From Narcine bancroftii (lineage: Eukaryota), in the NCBI RefSeq assembly GCF_036971445.1, contig NC_091472.1:270940001-271004000 (forward strand): a stretch of 64,000 nucleotides of DNA, given 5' to 3'. The notes under the pieces are model-generated. The model was not told the origin of the DNA. It worked only from the letters and a program-made list of their open reading frames with translations, and did no database searches. Shown here piece by piece: positions 25,782 through 38,551 of this stretch. Within the stretch, counting starts at the first letter, position 1, and each line of letters starts with the position of its first letter. A program made the translations under genes and the position numbers.

Positions 25782-26735
25782 GAACATAGAACATAGAACA
25801 GTACAACACCATGCAGGCCTTTCAGCCCTTGATGTTGTGCCAACCCATATATTCCCTGCTAAAAAAAAGTACTAAACCCACCTTACCTCATAACCTCTAT
25901 TTTTCTTTCATCCATGAGTTTGTTTAAATGCCCTCAATGTTGCAACTTTCACCACCCATCCCCAGCAAGGCATTCCAAGCACTCGCTGGGTAAACCCTGA
26001 TGTCTTCCCTAAATTTCCCTTCCTTAACTTTGTACATGCGTCCTCTGGTGTTTTTTTGATTCTGCACTAGGATACAGGTGCTGGCTGTACACCTTATCTA
26101 TACCTCTCATAATCTTGTAGACCTTTATCAAGTCTCCTTTCATCCTTCTATGCTCAAAAAAGAAAAGTCCCAGCTCTACTAACCTTGCCTCATAAGACTT
26201 GTTTCTCAATCCAGGCAACCACCTGGCAAATCTTACCTGCACCCACTCCATAGTTTCAACATCCTTCTTATAATGAGGTGACCAGAACTGGACTCAATAT
26301 CCTAAGTGTGATCCTACCAAAGATTTGTTGAGTTATAACATGAATGAATCCCAGCAACCCATTAGCCTTCTTAACTATCCTATTAATCTGTGCGGAAAAC
26401 TTAAGGGCTGCGTGGATTTGCACTCCAAGGTCCTCTGCTCATCCACACTCTTGCATCACCTCATACATATCCGAATTGAAATCCATTCACCTTTTTTCTG
26501 TCCAACTCTGCATCCTGTCTATATTATCTTATAAACTTCAACAAACCTTCAGCTCCATTCACAACTCTTCCAACCTTTATGTCATCCCCAAACTTATTGA
26601 CATATTCTTCCCTCTCTTCATCCAAGGTCATTTATAAAAATCACGAAGAGCAGGGGTCCAACTAGTCACTGACCTCTAGGTAGAATACTTTCCTTCCACT
26701 ATTACTCCCTGCTTTCATTCTACGTCAATTTTTTA
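25782..26735 (-). mobile_element. CR1 LINE 3' portion
   Basis: aacatagaacatagaac tail; RRMKGDLIKVYKIMRGID in ORF 26024-26251. Confidence 0.9.
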
Positions 26736-27394
26736 TCGATAAACCCAATTTTTACTGATCCTGTGACTCAGGGCAAGATAGATTTTCCTAATTGTTAGTT
26801 CCCTCACCATTTTTTGTTGTCCTTTGGAATATTGCCATCTTGATAAGTAGTGGAGCTATTAAAGAATTCATGATATTGGATATTAATATTCTATACTTCT
26901 GTTAGTCCAAGCATTTTTTTTTAAGTTGTACAAAGATGAAGGAAGAGAGATTTTTTGAGGAAGGGTCAGCTGAAAGTTTTGTGAGGTTGGAAATGAACAT
27001 TGAGCACCTGAAAGACTCATCCTCTTTATAGTGTACTCGTTATAGCACGGCCTTTTCTTCTAGACCAATCTTGATGTACGGAGTGAGAATAAACAAAGAA
27101 TCCGAAAGATTTGCTTCTCTGGTTAGAGGATGATGATCATGGGGCTGGGTTTTGTGGGGTATGAATGCCAGAGATGTGTACTATTTATGAGTGGTAGAGA
27201 GACAATGTCCTCCTGTTGAATTTAAATACATATGAGTATTATCTCAGTGTAAATGATGAAACTGTCACATATGCATTTTATAAATTTTAAAACTGGAATT
27301 TTCAATATTTAGTAATTTCCATCTGTAGACACAGTCCAGTTTATATCACAATGTTGTGTGTGCCATTTAAGGACAAGAGAGGGTGCTATATCAA

Positions 27395-28040
27395 AATTCA
27401 AGGTTTCTTTTATTGTAAAGTAAGAAAACATAAAAATGAAATATACATGATATAATCAACTTTTATCTACCATAAGGCAAACAAAGAGTCATTATGAGAT
27501 TGGCCCAACATTGCTAACAATAAAAGAAAGAGAAGCAAAAGAGAGATTCTTCAGAGACAATGAGTGGATTCTCCTCCAGTGCTCCAGCAGCCTCTGCAGA
27601 CTCCTATTCAAACCATTGGCAATCCAAGCTCCAGCTCCAACTCTTCAAAAGGATCAGGAAACTTTCAGCAACCAAGAGCCTTCGAGAACCTTTCTTGATC
27701 TCAGAACCCTCTCAAATCCTAGTCATACCTGGTTCCCATGAGCCAGTCTCCAGCTCACAGCCTATGTGACTCTGACTGCAAGTTGCCAACTGTCTGCAGC
27801 CTGTGTGGGTCCTTCAGCTGCTGAGCCCCTCACTGGTTCACTGCTGTGGTCACCTTCCCTGGAGGGTTATCTCCCATGCTTCTTCCTTCCAGCAGGGGGT
27901 GTTCTCCCTAATTCCCGTGCCCTGCATTTGTCCGCGGCTCCAGCAGAGTATGTAACCCCTTGTGGGACACTGCCAGGCACTGCAAATTTTGGAATAGACC
28001 TCCAAGTATGCAGGTTTTTAAAAATAATCTCTGCTTGAGT
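27395..28040 (-). repeat. unclassified non-coding interspersed repeat, copy 1
   Basis: Colinear with 58405-59200 (ctaacaataa.agaaagagaagcaaaag.gag..ttcagagacaatgagtg); LINE-like aataaa and ttgaa tail on the minus strand. Confidence 0.75.
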
Positions 28041-28939
28041 TACTGCAAAACATTAAGTAGAGAACAATCGCATCTGAATGTTTTTATTGTGTGAAAATGT
28101 GTTTATTAATGATCAGTATAGTGAATGATGTCTTCTATCATGTTGGGGTTTTAAGCCATTGTATGAAAATGTTCCCTTTGTATCATTAAAACTACTACTG
28201 TATTGTCATTGACAATAGCTGAATTTGGATAATAAATTATTATTGATCTGTGGATATATTTTTCCACTTCTATAAATCAATATTTTAAAGGTCATTTTTA
28301 TTTCCATTACTTAATATTCTAAATGTAGAATTATGCATGTTCAAAGATTAATTTCTCAATTATGAAACGTTTGAGAAATACATAATTTATATTTTCCATC
28401 AGAATCAGAATCAGGATTTATTGTCATGAACAAGTCATGAAATTTGGTGTTTTGTGGCAGCGTCATAGTCCGAACATTCATATAATAAACATCTTACAAC
28501 ATTAATATAAATATATAAGAAATAATCATGCATGAAAAGTAAAACCATAACTTCTACTTGAGGCATTCATCAAGGATAAGAATAGATTAGAGAGTTCTGG
28601 TATTTTGTCAAGCAGCATGTTTAAGCCTTCCTGTAGTGTGTGTGACAGAGGTGCAAAGGGACATTGCCTTAAATTCAGAACCTCACCATACAGAGGTTGG
28701 GAAATAATCTTTTCCAGCAAAGAATGGTAAAATTATTTTTCCACCAATAGATTCAACTGCTGGCTCAAATTTGAGAATTATAATTTATTTCCTTCAACCA
28801 CAAAAGCCCAGGAAGATCATATCTCATCACATTTAAGTGGGATAATCTATGTAAACATCAAAAGACAAGATGGACCTCATATCAAAAGCACCATGATATG
28901 CTCCACATAATTTGCTTTGTGACATACAATTTCAATGTA

Positions 28940-29945
28940 AATCTGATGGCGAGAGCATAATTTTATGTGCAAGTATCATGAACAAATGCAATGAAATTCT
29001 CGTTTGCTGCTGCTAAATACATTAACAAGCAAGTAGAAATTAAATCAACACAAGAGAAAAATAATAATAAAACAGGGATAGATGAACTGTTGAAGTAAAT
29101 AAAAGTTTTGCAATGTTACAGTAGTGCTGACAAATTTTTGATGGTCCTGGAGTAGTGTTATAGTTAGGGTAGAATGGGAAACATCAGGAGCCTGATAGAA
29201 GAGTCTAGAGGTGCAGGATTTCAGGCTTTGGTAACTTCTGCCTGAAGGTATCAGTATGACAGGGAGATGACTAAATTGATGATTATCCTTTATGATGGCT
29301 GATTTCTTGAGGCAGTGCCTCAAGTGTCTTTAATGGAAAGGAAATCAGTGTCTGTAATGGACTTGGCTAGGTTTGCTGCCTTCAGCAAAATTTCCAAATC
29401 AGGGGTGATACAACCAGTCCACAGGACATCCACTATGTTATTTGCCTAATGTTATTACAGTGCCAGCAATTGGGATCGGGGTTCAAATCCCACGCTGTCT
29501 GAAAGGAGTTTATACATTCTCCCTGTGTCTGTGTGGGTTTCCTCCAGGTGCTCTGGTTTCTTCCCACCATTCAAAAAAGTGTACCGAGGATTGTCAGTCA
29601 ATTGGGCATAATTGGGTGGCATGGGCTTAAGGGCCAGTTACCATGCTGTATGTCTAAATTTTAAAAAATAAAATAATAAAGGTCTGCACAAAATTCATGG
29701 GCCAAAAATTATCTTTTTCTTCTCTTTCTTTTATTTGACAACATGCTGAGTCACCTCAGAATGGTTGCCTCAAAGTGCTGGCTCCAGGATAGGTCCTCTG
29801 ACATGAAGGTACACACCTGTTTCACTGTCAACCTGCCATGAAGACAGGTGTCTGGTCTCTTGGATTCTCCTTCCTAAAGTTTACAAAAATCTCCTTGGTC
29901 CTGTTGACATTGAGAGCAAGATTATTTTATGGCTCATCGTTACCA
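28940..29945 (-). mobile_element. Rex1/Babar-like LINE fragments interrupted by a SINE
   Basis: AIIKDNHQ..LIPSGRSYQSLKS in ORF 29045-29323; ctcaatgtcaacaggaccaaggag (LNVNRTKE) on the minus strand near 29900. Confidence 0.65.
29445..29672 (+). mobile_element. V-SINE/HE1-like SINE
   Basis: B-box-like ggttcaaatccc, core gggtttcctccaggtgctctggtttcttccca, A-rich tail. Confidence 0.85.
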
Positions 29946-30174
29946 ATGGTGGATTTGTTTCAAATATTCAATGGAGATGAAATTTAATGTGGAAAACATT
30001 TAAATGAAAATTTTGGTGGAATAGTTCACTTTGAAATAGGGGAATATTCAAACCTGTTTCTGTAGAAATGCAACATCTAATTTCAGTTCTATTGTGTTAA
30101 GGAGGAAAAAAAATCATCTTTATTTCTTTGAATTACCAGATCCATTTTCAAAACCCATCTGAAACTGTAGAATG

Positions 30175-30400
30175 TAGATGGTGAGTGCAGCCGTTAGCAT
30201 GATGCCACCGACCTGGGTTCAAATCCGGTGCTGTCTGTACGTTCTCCTCATGTCTGCTTAGGTTTTACTCAGGTCCTCTAGTTTCCTCCCACCCTCCAAA
30301 ACGTGCGGGATTGGAGGTTAATTATGGTGCAATTGGATGTCATGGGTTTAAATGGCCGGAATCAGATTCTACCATGCTGTAGATTTTGAAAAAAATAATA
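30175..30400 (+). mobile_element. V-SINE/HE1-like SINE
   Basis: gggttcaaatccgg B-box, V-SINE core and A-rich tail. Confidence 0.85.
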
Positions 30401-30559
30401 AAACAGTGCAGACTCTTTGGCCCATGATTTTTGTGCAGACCTTTATTAACATAACAATCAGTTCACATTTGGTTGTTTGTTGGAGGTTGATTCGGCAGGG
30501 GAATATTCCTTTCTTTTAATGGATAGTCTGTAGTCGAGCTGGATTAACATTTATATAAC

Positions 30560-31460
30560 CTAGCTGGGTGACAGGCAGAATGTAGGGCATTCAGGTTTGC
30601 CAAAGATTAAAAAAGAGATGGAAAGTCAACTTGTAATAAGGATATTGTAACTTTGACATGTCATAAAGATAGTTTGAGTGGATGAGTGAAAATTGATTTT
30701 TATGTGGGAAATTGTGAGGTCATACATTTCAGTGAGGAATCTGAAGGTGCATTATTACTTAAAGGGAAAGAAAGTACAAATGAATGAAGTTCAGAAGGAT
30801 CCAACTGATCCTGTGCATCAGTCACAAAAAGTTATCAGTCAGGTGCAACAAATAGACAAGTAAATAGCATATTGATTTTTATTGCAATTGTGTCAGAGCT
30901 TAGAAATCAGGATGTTTTCTTCACAATATGAAACACTTGAAATGTTGCACACAGTTTTGTGTCCATTACTTAAGAAAGTGTATACAAGCATTAGAGGCAG
31001 TCCAGAAGAGATTCACCAGTCTAATTCCTGGGGTAACTTTGTTGTCCCATCAAATGAGACAACCTTTATTGGCTCTTGAACTGTATTCATTGGCGTGTAG
31101 AAGAATGAGGTGGGATCTCATAGAAACAGTTTGAATGTTGAAAGGATTGGATAGAGTAGATGTGATTAAGATGTTTCCCTTGGTGGGTGAATCCAGGACA
31201 AAAGAGCACAGTCTTAGAATTAGAAGGTTTCCATTTAAAACATAGATTAGGAGAAATTTCTTTAGCCAGAGGGTCATGATTTTGTGGAATTCGTTGCCAC
31301 ATACAGCTGTGGAGGCACGATCATTGGGGGAGTGTAAGGAGATTGATAGGTATTTAATTATGCAGGATATCAAGGGATGTGGGGAAAAGTCTGGAAATTG
31401 GAACTAGGCGTGAGAAAGGTTTAGCTCAGGGTGAAGTTGTGGAGCAGACCCGATAGCCTT
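30560..31460 (+). mobile_element. CR1 LINE 3' portion, degenerate
   Basis: ALEAVQKRFTSLIPG, RRMRWDLIET and aatttctttagccagagggtc. Confidence 0.88.
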
Positions 31461-31614
31461 TAACTAGCGATCTTGTCAACACATGCTGGATCTGTATTAT
31501 CTGAAGTTTGGAAGAATGATGCTTGATTTTAAACACATAAGATCCTAGAGGGCATGGGTAACAGCATTGTTCCCTCCAATTTTCTTGGAATTGTCACAAT
31601 AAAAGCACAAGTAG

Positions 31615-31980
31615 AATGGATGGTACAGTTAAAGTAGTTGCTAGTGCAACTAATTCATAAATTAGATCATCCATGATCGTATTGAATGGTGGAGCAGGCT
31701 CGATGGGCCATTTTTGGCCTACTCCTGTTCCTACTTCCTATGCTCCTATGTTGCTAACACAATTACTGTGCCAGTGTCTGGTATTCAAATATGGTGCTGT
31801 CTGTAAGAAATTACTATGTTTTCCTGAAGACCTGCGTGGGTTTGCTCTGGGTTCTCTAGTTTCCTCCTACCTTCCAAAATGTACAGGGTTGGTAGGTTAA
31901 TTGTGTGTAATTGGGTTGCATAGGTTTCATCAGCTGAAAGGGCCTGATACCATTCCATATTGTTAAATTGCAAATAAATA
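31615..31980 (+). mobile_element. V-SINE-like SINE interrupted by a short CR1 tail
   Basis: Core tgcgtgggtttgctctgggttctctagtttcctcc at 31833-31867. Confidence 0.75.
31653..31749 (+). mobile_element. about 95-bp CR1 3' UTR insertion
   Basis: Nearly identical to 10838-10928; flanked by the imperfect duplication gttgctagtgcaacta / gttgctaacacaatta. Confidence 0.9.
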
Positions 31981-32224
31981 GAAAGTCAATGTACAATCTG
32001 TAGACTCTACATACTCTGTTTTGCCTGGTGTCTGGAAATATTGCATGAGAATGCTGCCTTTGTGAGGTCCATGAAAGCTTTGATACAATCTTTCTGCGCC
32101 ATTGCTTTTTCTGAGGTAGATATTTTGGGGCTAAGTTGATGCACTTAATCCATTGATCCATTAGGCTAAGCTCAGTCCAGAACCATGAGTGCATGTCATG
32201 GTCCATGTAAGGCAGTTATCAGTT

Positions 32225-34380
32225 CATTTCAAGTTATTTGTCATCCAATTGTACCAGTACAACTGACAATGTTCTCCAGTCCACATTGTAGAGCAGTGCA
32301 AAACCCGTGTACAGATATAACACACCTCCAGACACACGATACATAGAGCATATATATGTGCATATATTAAAATAAATATTACTAATAAATAGTAGAGTCA
32401 TGGAGAGTTGTTTTAGCAGTCATTCAACAGTCACATTTCAAGCTGTTCCTTGGCCTGGTAGTTCTGGCTCTGATAACTCTGTATCATTTTCCCAACAGAA
32501 GTTACTGGAAGATTCTGCGAGCATGATGGTCAAGGTCCTCCCTGATTTTTTGAGCCATCTTTAAACAACGATCTCAGTACATCACATTAATGGATGGGAG
32601 GAAGAACTCAATGAACCACTCTGCTGTTTTTATAGTCCTGTGCATTGACCTCCGATTGAATGCTTGACAGCAACCAAACCACATTGTAATGCAGCCAGCC
32701 AGGATGCTCCAAATGGAGCTGCTGTAGAAAATTGACAGAATGGTGGCAGGTAGCCTTCCCTGCCTCAGCCTTCCAATGAAGTACATTCACTGTTGCACCT
32801 TCTTGACAACAGATGAGATGTGTGCCCAGGATAGGTCACTTCTTAAGCGAACTGCAAGGAACTTGGTGCTCTCTACTCTCTCCAATATTAAGCTATTAAC
32901 GCGTAGTGGAGGGGACATTCCTAGTCCTCTTGAAGTCCATGGTCACCTATGCTTAAAAAAAATGCCGACATAACTCAGCTGGTCTATACAGCATCTATGA
33001 GAGACAAAGATATATTGGTGATGTTTTGGGCCTGAGCCCTTCTTCAAGGAAACATCAGAAAAGGCAGAAGCAGAATATATCAAACAGTCTTAGATTCCAA
33101 AAAATGAGGGAGGAATCCACACCAACAAAAGGTGTTAATTGGATGTGACAAGGGACTAGGTCGAATTTATCATGTCTGTGAGAAAGGAGACAGGAAATGG
33201 AGGGATGAGGAGGGAAGCAGGGTTTAATGAAAAGTGAAAAAAGTTGATATTAATGCTAACTGGTTGGAGAGGGCACAGTTGGAAGATGAGGGGTTGTTCC
33301 TCCAATTTATGAATGTCTCAGTCTGGCAGTACATGAGACCATGGACAGACATGTCAGCAAGGGAATGGGATGGGGAATTGAGATGGGTGGCCGCAGAGAG
33401 ATCCATGTTATTGTGGCAGACAGAGCCGAGATGCTAAACAAAGCAATTTCGCAGTCTGCATTCAGTCTCTCCGATGTAGAGGAAACCACAACGAGAGAAC
33501 CAGATGCCATAGGTGACCCCTGCAGGTTCACAAGTGAAATGTTGCTTTACTTGGAAGGACTGTTTGGGGCCACCAATAGTGGTGAGGGAGGAGGTGAGGA
33601 CATAATTGGAGCATCTCCTGCGATCACAGGGATAGGTCCAAAGATGCCAATTAGTGTGGAGGGAGGAATGGACAAGGAAGTCACTGAGGGAATGGTCCCT
33701 GCAGAAGGCTGAGAGGGGAATAATAGTGGTAGGGTCATAGAAACATAGAAACATGTAGTAAGTGGTGGAAATGGTGGAGGAGGATGTGTTGGATGCAGAG
33801 GCTGGTGGAGTGGTAGATGAGGACAAGAGGAATCCCAGTCTGCGTCCAATCTCTCGAATGTAGCAGAGGGGCCTTGCCTGTGTAGGCTTGTAGCATGGAT
33901 TGATCACAATATATCTTTGTCTTCTATAGATGCTGAATAGATCAGCTGAGTTCCTCCAGCATTTCAGTGTTTTTACTACAATCGCAGCATCTATCGTACT
34001 CAACTCCTTTGTCTTGTCCACGTTGAGACTCAGATTGTTATACTCATGAACTCTTATCTATATTTCAACATTGTTGTTTTAGATGAGGCCAACTACTGTC
34101 ATGTCACCTGCAAACTTGATGACTGTTGGAGCTGGATCTGGTGTTGTAGTCATGAGCCAGTAGCATGAATAGGAATGGACTGAGCACACAGCCCTGAGGT
34201 GCTCCAGGGCTCAGCTTGGTGGCGCTCAATGTTCTGCTGCCAACCTGGACAGACTGTGGTCATTCCATTATAAAGTTGAGAATTCAATTACAGAGAGGGG
34301 TGTTAAGTCTCAGCCAGGACAGATTCTCCACCAGCCTCTGGGGAATGAAGTTGATGAACAGCAACCTGGTGTATGACATC
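32225..34380 (-). mobile_element. Rex1/Babar-like LINE split by a Penelope-like insertion
   Basis: ILAGCITMWFG in ORF 32574-32786; SLNVDKTKE and KFAGDMTVVGLI at 34000-34120 on the minus strand. Confidence 0.85.
32950..33995 (-). mobile_element. Penelope-like element with GIY-YIG endonuclease and inverted pseudo-LTRs
   Basis: ORF 33434-34021: RDHSLSDFLVHS, TYPCDRRRC, HFTCEPAGVTYGI..CGFLYIGETECRL (GIY-YIG); 32955-33022 and 33903-33965 are inverted copies. Confidence 0.9.
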
Positions 34381-34624
34381 ATTCTCCTGGAGATTCTCAC
34401 TCAGATGATGATTAAACAGTCAAATCACCTGGACACCTACTCAGCCAACAATGACAATGTACATGATCAAAGGCCGCTGCAGAGTGTAAGAGAGCTGCCA
34501 AGTATGGGACGTTATTTTTTGTAAATCTTGGAAAAGAACTCCTGCTCCTTAAATTTCAGAAGAATGTTTTCTTTTACCAATGGGATCTCACCCTCTTCAT
34601 CACCTGTCTTATCTGAGCAAAATG

Positions 34625-34945
34625 AATCAAAGAGTCATAGATACATATAGCATAGACATAAGTACTTCTGTCCATATCAAGTATCAAACACCCATTGACA
34701 CTAATCTTAAATTTATCCCCACAGTATCATCTACTCCTCCATATTCTGCCACTAATGGAAATTTAAATAGCCACTTAAGATATCAACGCACATGTCTGGG
34801 ATGTGGGAGGGAACTGGAAGATCCAGGGAAACCCACATGGATACAGAGAGAACATGAAAACTCCATGTACACAGCAGACAAGGTCAAGATTGAATCTGAA
34901 TTTTGGTTGCTGCATTGGAGTGGTTCTACTAGGCATACACTGTGG
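34625..34945 (-). mobile_element. V-SINE-like SINE
   Basis: tgtgggagggaactggaagatccagggaaacccaca is the reverse core. Confidence 0.75.
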
Positions 34946-36742
34946 AACCCAAAGACATCCTGGTTCTCCTCTGCCTTTCTGTCTTCTCTAAATTGCATCA
35001 GGGCTTCCTGGGTGTCACATGACAAGCCCACAATAAAAATGAACCTGGGATACGAATGGTGCATGACAATTATAACTGCACTTCTACTCTTATTCTGTTT
35101 CTACTATTGGGCATGTTAAAAAAAGGGAGATGTAGAAGGCATCATACCTTAACGAACGACACTAGCTCAAAATGTGGGTTATATATCTTTGCTACATAAC
35201 AAATGCTGAATGACCTATGGGTCTATTAAATTGCAATAAAAGCATCTGCAGCCTTTCTTGTTTAACTGATGTGTACATTTGTTCATTACAACATTATTAA
35301 AATTACTATTCAGATGTCATTGGTACAGATATCATGCACCAAAGGGTCTATTCCTGTGCTGTTCTGTTCTGACGCCCAGGGAATGGCTATATACAATTAA
35401 TATATAGTACTTAATAGGCCATATATAAGCATAAATTCAGCAATGGCTTATGTTGGTGCTTTTGTTGCAAATGTTGTACTGACACATGAAGTCTGTAGTT
35501 AATTAACCTACATAACCTGATGTCTTGGATGTCCAACTAATCCTGGATGGTAACTGTGAAACTTCACATCTTCTGCCAGAGGGGCAGGAAGAAACAACAT
35601 TTCCCATCTTCATTTGTGGAGCCCTGGGAGAAATATGAAACATCATTTAGGAAACTGATCCAATTTGAAAGGAGTATCGTAATTATACTGCTCGCAGGTG
35701 AACAAAGGATGCATGTTGCTTTTGTAATATGCTTCCTTGATAGGCATGTAATTTGCACTGAAGATTCAATGAATAGCATGTGCAGACTATTTTCCATGAC
35801 CAGACCTCCATTTCAACCAGTGATATTATTTACTTATATCTCAACAGATGGGTCCTATTGAAGCCATTACATAGTTCATGAACAAGTCACATCTGCAAAA
35901 ATATCACATCTAGCAATTGGAAAACAACCACAGGCCTCTTGATTTCTAAATTCTTTCATGACCTTTCCCAAGTCTATTATTACAATATGCTTTACCCCAG
36001 CAATCTTCCAAGATTTCATTCCTGATTTTCTGTGCTCCACTATTTGTGGTTGTGCCTTTAACTGTCTGATCCTGGGTTCAGGGAGTCTATTCTGGAATTG
36101 TGTTTATTTATTTAAGATGACCTTAAAATCTGTCTTTAATCATACTTTAACATTCCAATTCCAACATCCCTTTTTGTAGCTTATAGTCAAATTGTGCCTT
36201 TTGATATTTTTAGATACTGACGATATATATAAATGCAAATTTTATTAATGAAAATCTTTCATTTATGGATTTAAAATCATTTGAATGGAAACCCTATCCT
36301 CCATTGACATTTTCTTAAGTAACTTCTGTTTTCTTTTGGGGATAGAGCCAAATTATTGGATACTTACATATTATACAGGCTGCAAACAAACCTATGAACT
36401 AATTTAAAGAACAAAGTAATAAAAATAGATATTGCTGGAAATAGCTAACGTCAAGCAGTTTCTGTGCAGAGAGAAAAAGAGTTAGCAATTCAGATCGATG
36501 ACCTTTTATCAGAACAGAGTTTTGGGCAAATGCTTATTACTCCATCATACTGTATGCTTTTATGTGGCTCTGATTTCCATTTCAAGATATTTCAATAGAT
36601 ATTTTATGAACTGGACATGAAATGATTAATCAACCTCAATTTTCCTTTCTGAGTGAGGAATTGAAAGAAAAATAAGGCAGCTTTTTATGTACAATTTCAT
36701 GCCATTTCTACAGTATGCATTATGAAACATGCAATTCAAATA

Positions 36743-37524
36743 CAGTCAAACCTCTCTTATCTGGAATTCAAATAACCAAAATCCTCAAGCAACCCGTGTA
36801 AAAGTTGTGGAAAATAAATTGGTGCAGTATGTTTCTGAATATCCGAAAACCACTTTACCAAAATTTTCAATTATCTGCAAATATTTTCGGCAGCCAATGA
36901 CATTACAAATTGAAAAAAAACGATTTACCTGCCATGCTCAAGTGGGACTCTGATGTGCAGTTAGTGCCATTTTGATTGTTGCTGCATTTATCTTAAGTTT
37001 GTAAGTAGAACTCACGTTGTTTTTGGAAGAATTAAACTTTATTTCATGCTTGAAAAACCGTATTATGCAGATGCTACTGGGCTGGAATCGGAGCGGGGAT
37101 CTCAGGGTCATGAGCAGGTTCGGTGATGGTGGTGGAGAGGTGTCGTGGATCAGAACGGGGACCTCAGTCTCCCGGGCAGGTTCGGTGATGGTGGTGAGGA
37201 GATGTCGGATATCAGAGCGGGCACCTCAGGTGCTGGGGAGGTTCTGTGATGGCGATGGGGAGGTGTCAGGATTGGCGATGGCTGCTTAAACTGAGTTGCT
37301 TAAAGCCACTTCTCAGATTATCCAGAAAATGCAGTTCATCGATACATGTCCAGTCATAAGTATTTCAGATAATCGGAAACATACGTATAAAATACAAAAG
37401 TTTAAGATGGGAACGCCTCGTAGTTCGCTTGCCAATATGCTACATGCAATCTCAAGCAACTGTAAAATTCATTTATCCAGCATCTACTAATCCCCATTGG
37501 TGCCAGATACCAGAGTTTTTATTG
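36743..37524. mobile_element. Tigger/pogo-like MITE with internal tandem repeat
   Basis: TA-cagtcaaacctctcttatctgg ... ccagataccagagtttttattg imperfect terminal inverted repeats. Confidence 0.75.
37083..37275. repeat. about 62-bp GC-rich tandem repeat, 3 copies
   Basis: Recurring atcagagcgggg.cctcag...gcaggttcggtgatggtggtg..gaggtgtc. Confidence 0.85.
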
Positions 37525-38551
37525 CACTATGAAAAACGAAATGAATTTGTTCCTGCTGGTCCCCCAGTGTATCAGCTTAGTCACACCATTCCATATCAGG
37601 TTGAGCCGAGTTTGGTTTAAACAAATGAACAAACATAATTGGGCTGTACTTTATTACACAGAAACATCCATTCCAACCCATCTAATTTATCTTTGACAAA
37701 GCCTACATAATCTCATCCCTTTGACCAAATTTCTTATTTCTTTCTCCATTATGGGTACATTTTTAATGTTTCAATGTAAAATATATTATAAATCAGAATA
37801 ATTTTAATTCTGAAATCTCACAAATTTTCAATTGATGCATATTTTGCACAAAAAGCAAATTCTCAGCCAACTGATAGTTTTACCATTAATGCCCCTTTCA
37901 ACGAGCACTGTTGAGCTAATTATTTTGCCCTATTATCATAACCTTGGCACCATTCATCAGAAAAAGAGAGGAGCTGTTGCCTCCAGGCAGGGTTGAATCA
38001 GTTCCCATTGTTCTGTCATCAGAGACTCTGACAGATTTGATAATGTTCTCCTTATTTTAAAAAAATTGGATCATAGGTAGCAAATATTTTGTTATGTCAT
38101 TTTCCTTTTGGTAATTGGGGCTGATCCTTATGTATGAGTTTTAAGTGATCTACAAGAGGTTATGTTCGAAAAAAATGCTACCTGGGTCGTGATATGTAAA
38201 TAGAACTCAACCCTCTGAGGATATGTTTTGCATAATCATTTACAGATGCTGGTGCAGATTTTAAAAAATGCACAGGAGACATGACTGGCAGAATCATATT
38301 GATGAAATTTAAAGGAGGCAAACATATAGCAGGAAATGGCAAAATTGGAGTAGAGCATTTTGTTTGGAAAATGTTTCAAAAAAACATCTCAATCATCTTT
38401 GTTCATTGGTTGAAAAGAGGAGAGCAATATAATAGATGCCAAACACTATGAAAGAAAATCTTTGAGGATATGAGCCTCTGGGCATCTGACAGAACAACTG
38501 AGCATGAGACATTTGTTTGAGAGCTGTTTATGGAGGCAGTACTGCTTGACA

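Noticed and set aside
29470-29500. tRNA gene (ggttcaaatccc), also near 30215
   Set aside because: B-box of tRNA-derived SINE heads with no complete cloverleaf.
34580-35119. 179-aa ORF
   Set aside because: It mostly reads through an antisense SINE.
35547-35861. 104-aa ORF in unique DNA
   Set aside because: No recognisable domain or splice signals; the length is within chance expectation.
37083-37275. CRISPR-like periodicity
   Set aside because: Whole units repeat with no unique spacers, there are no cas genes, and the context is vertebrate.
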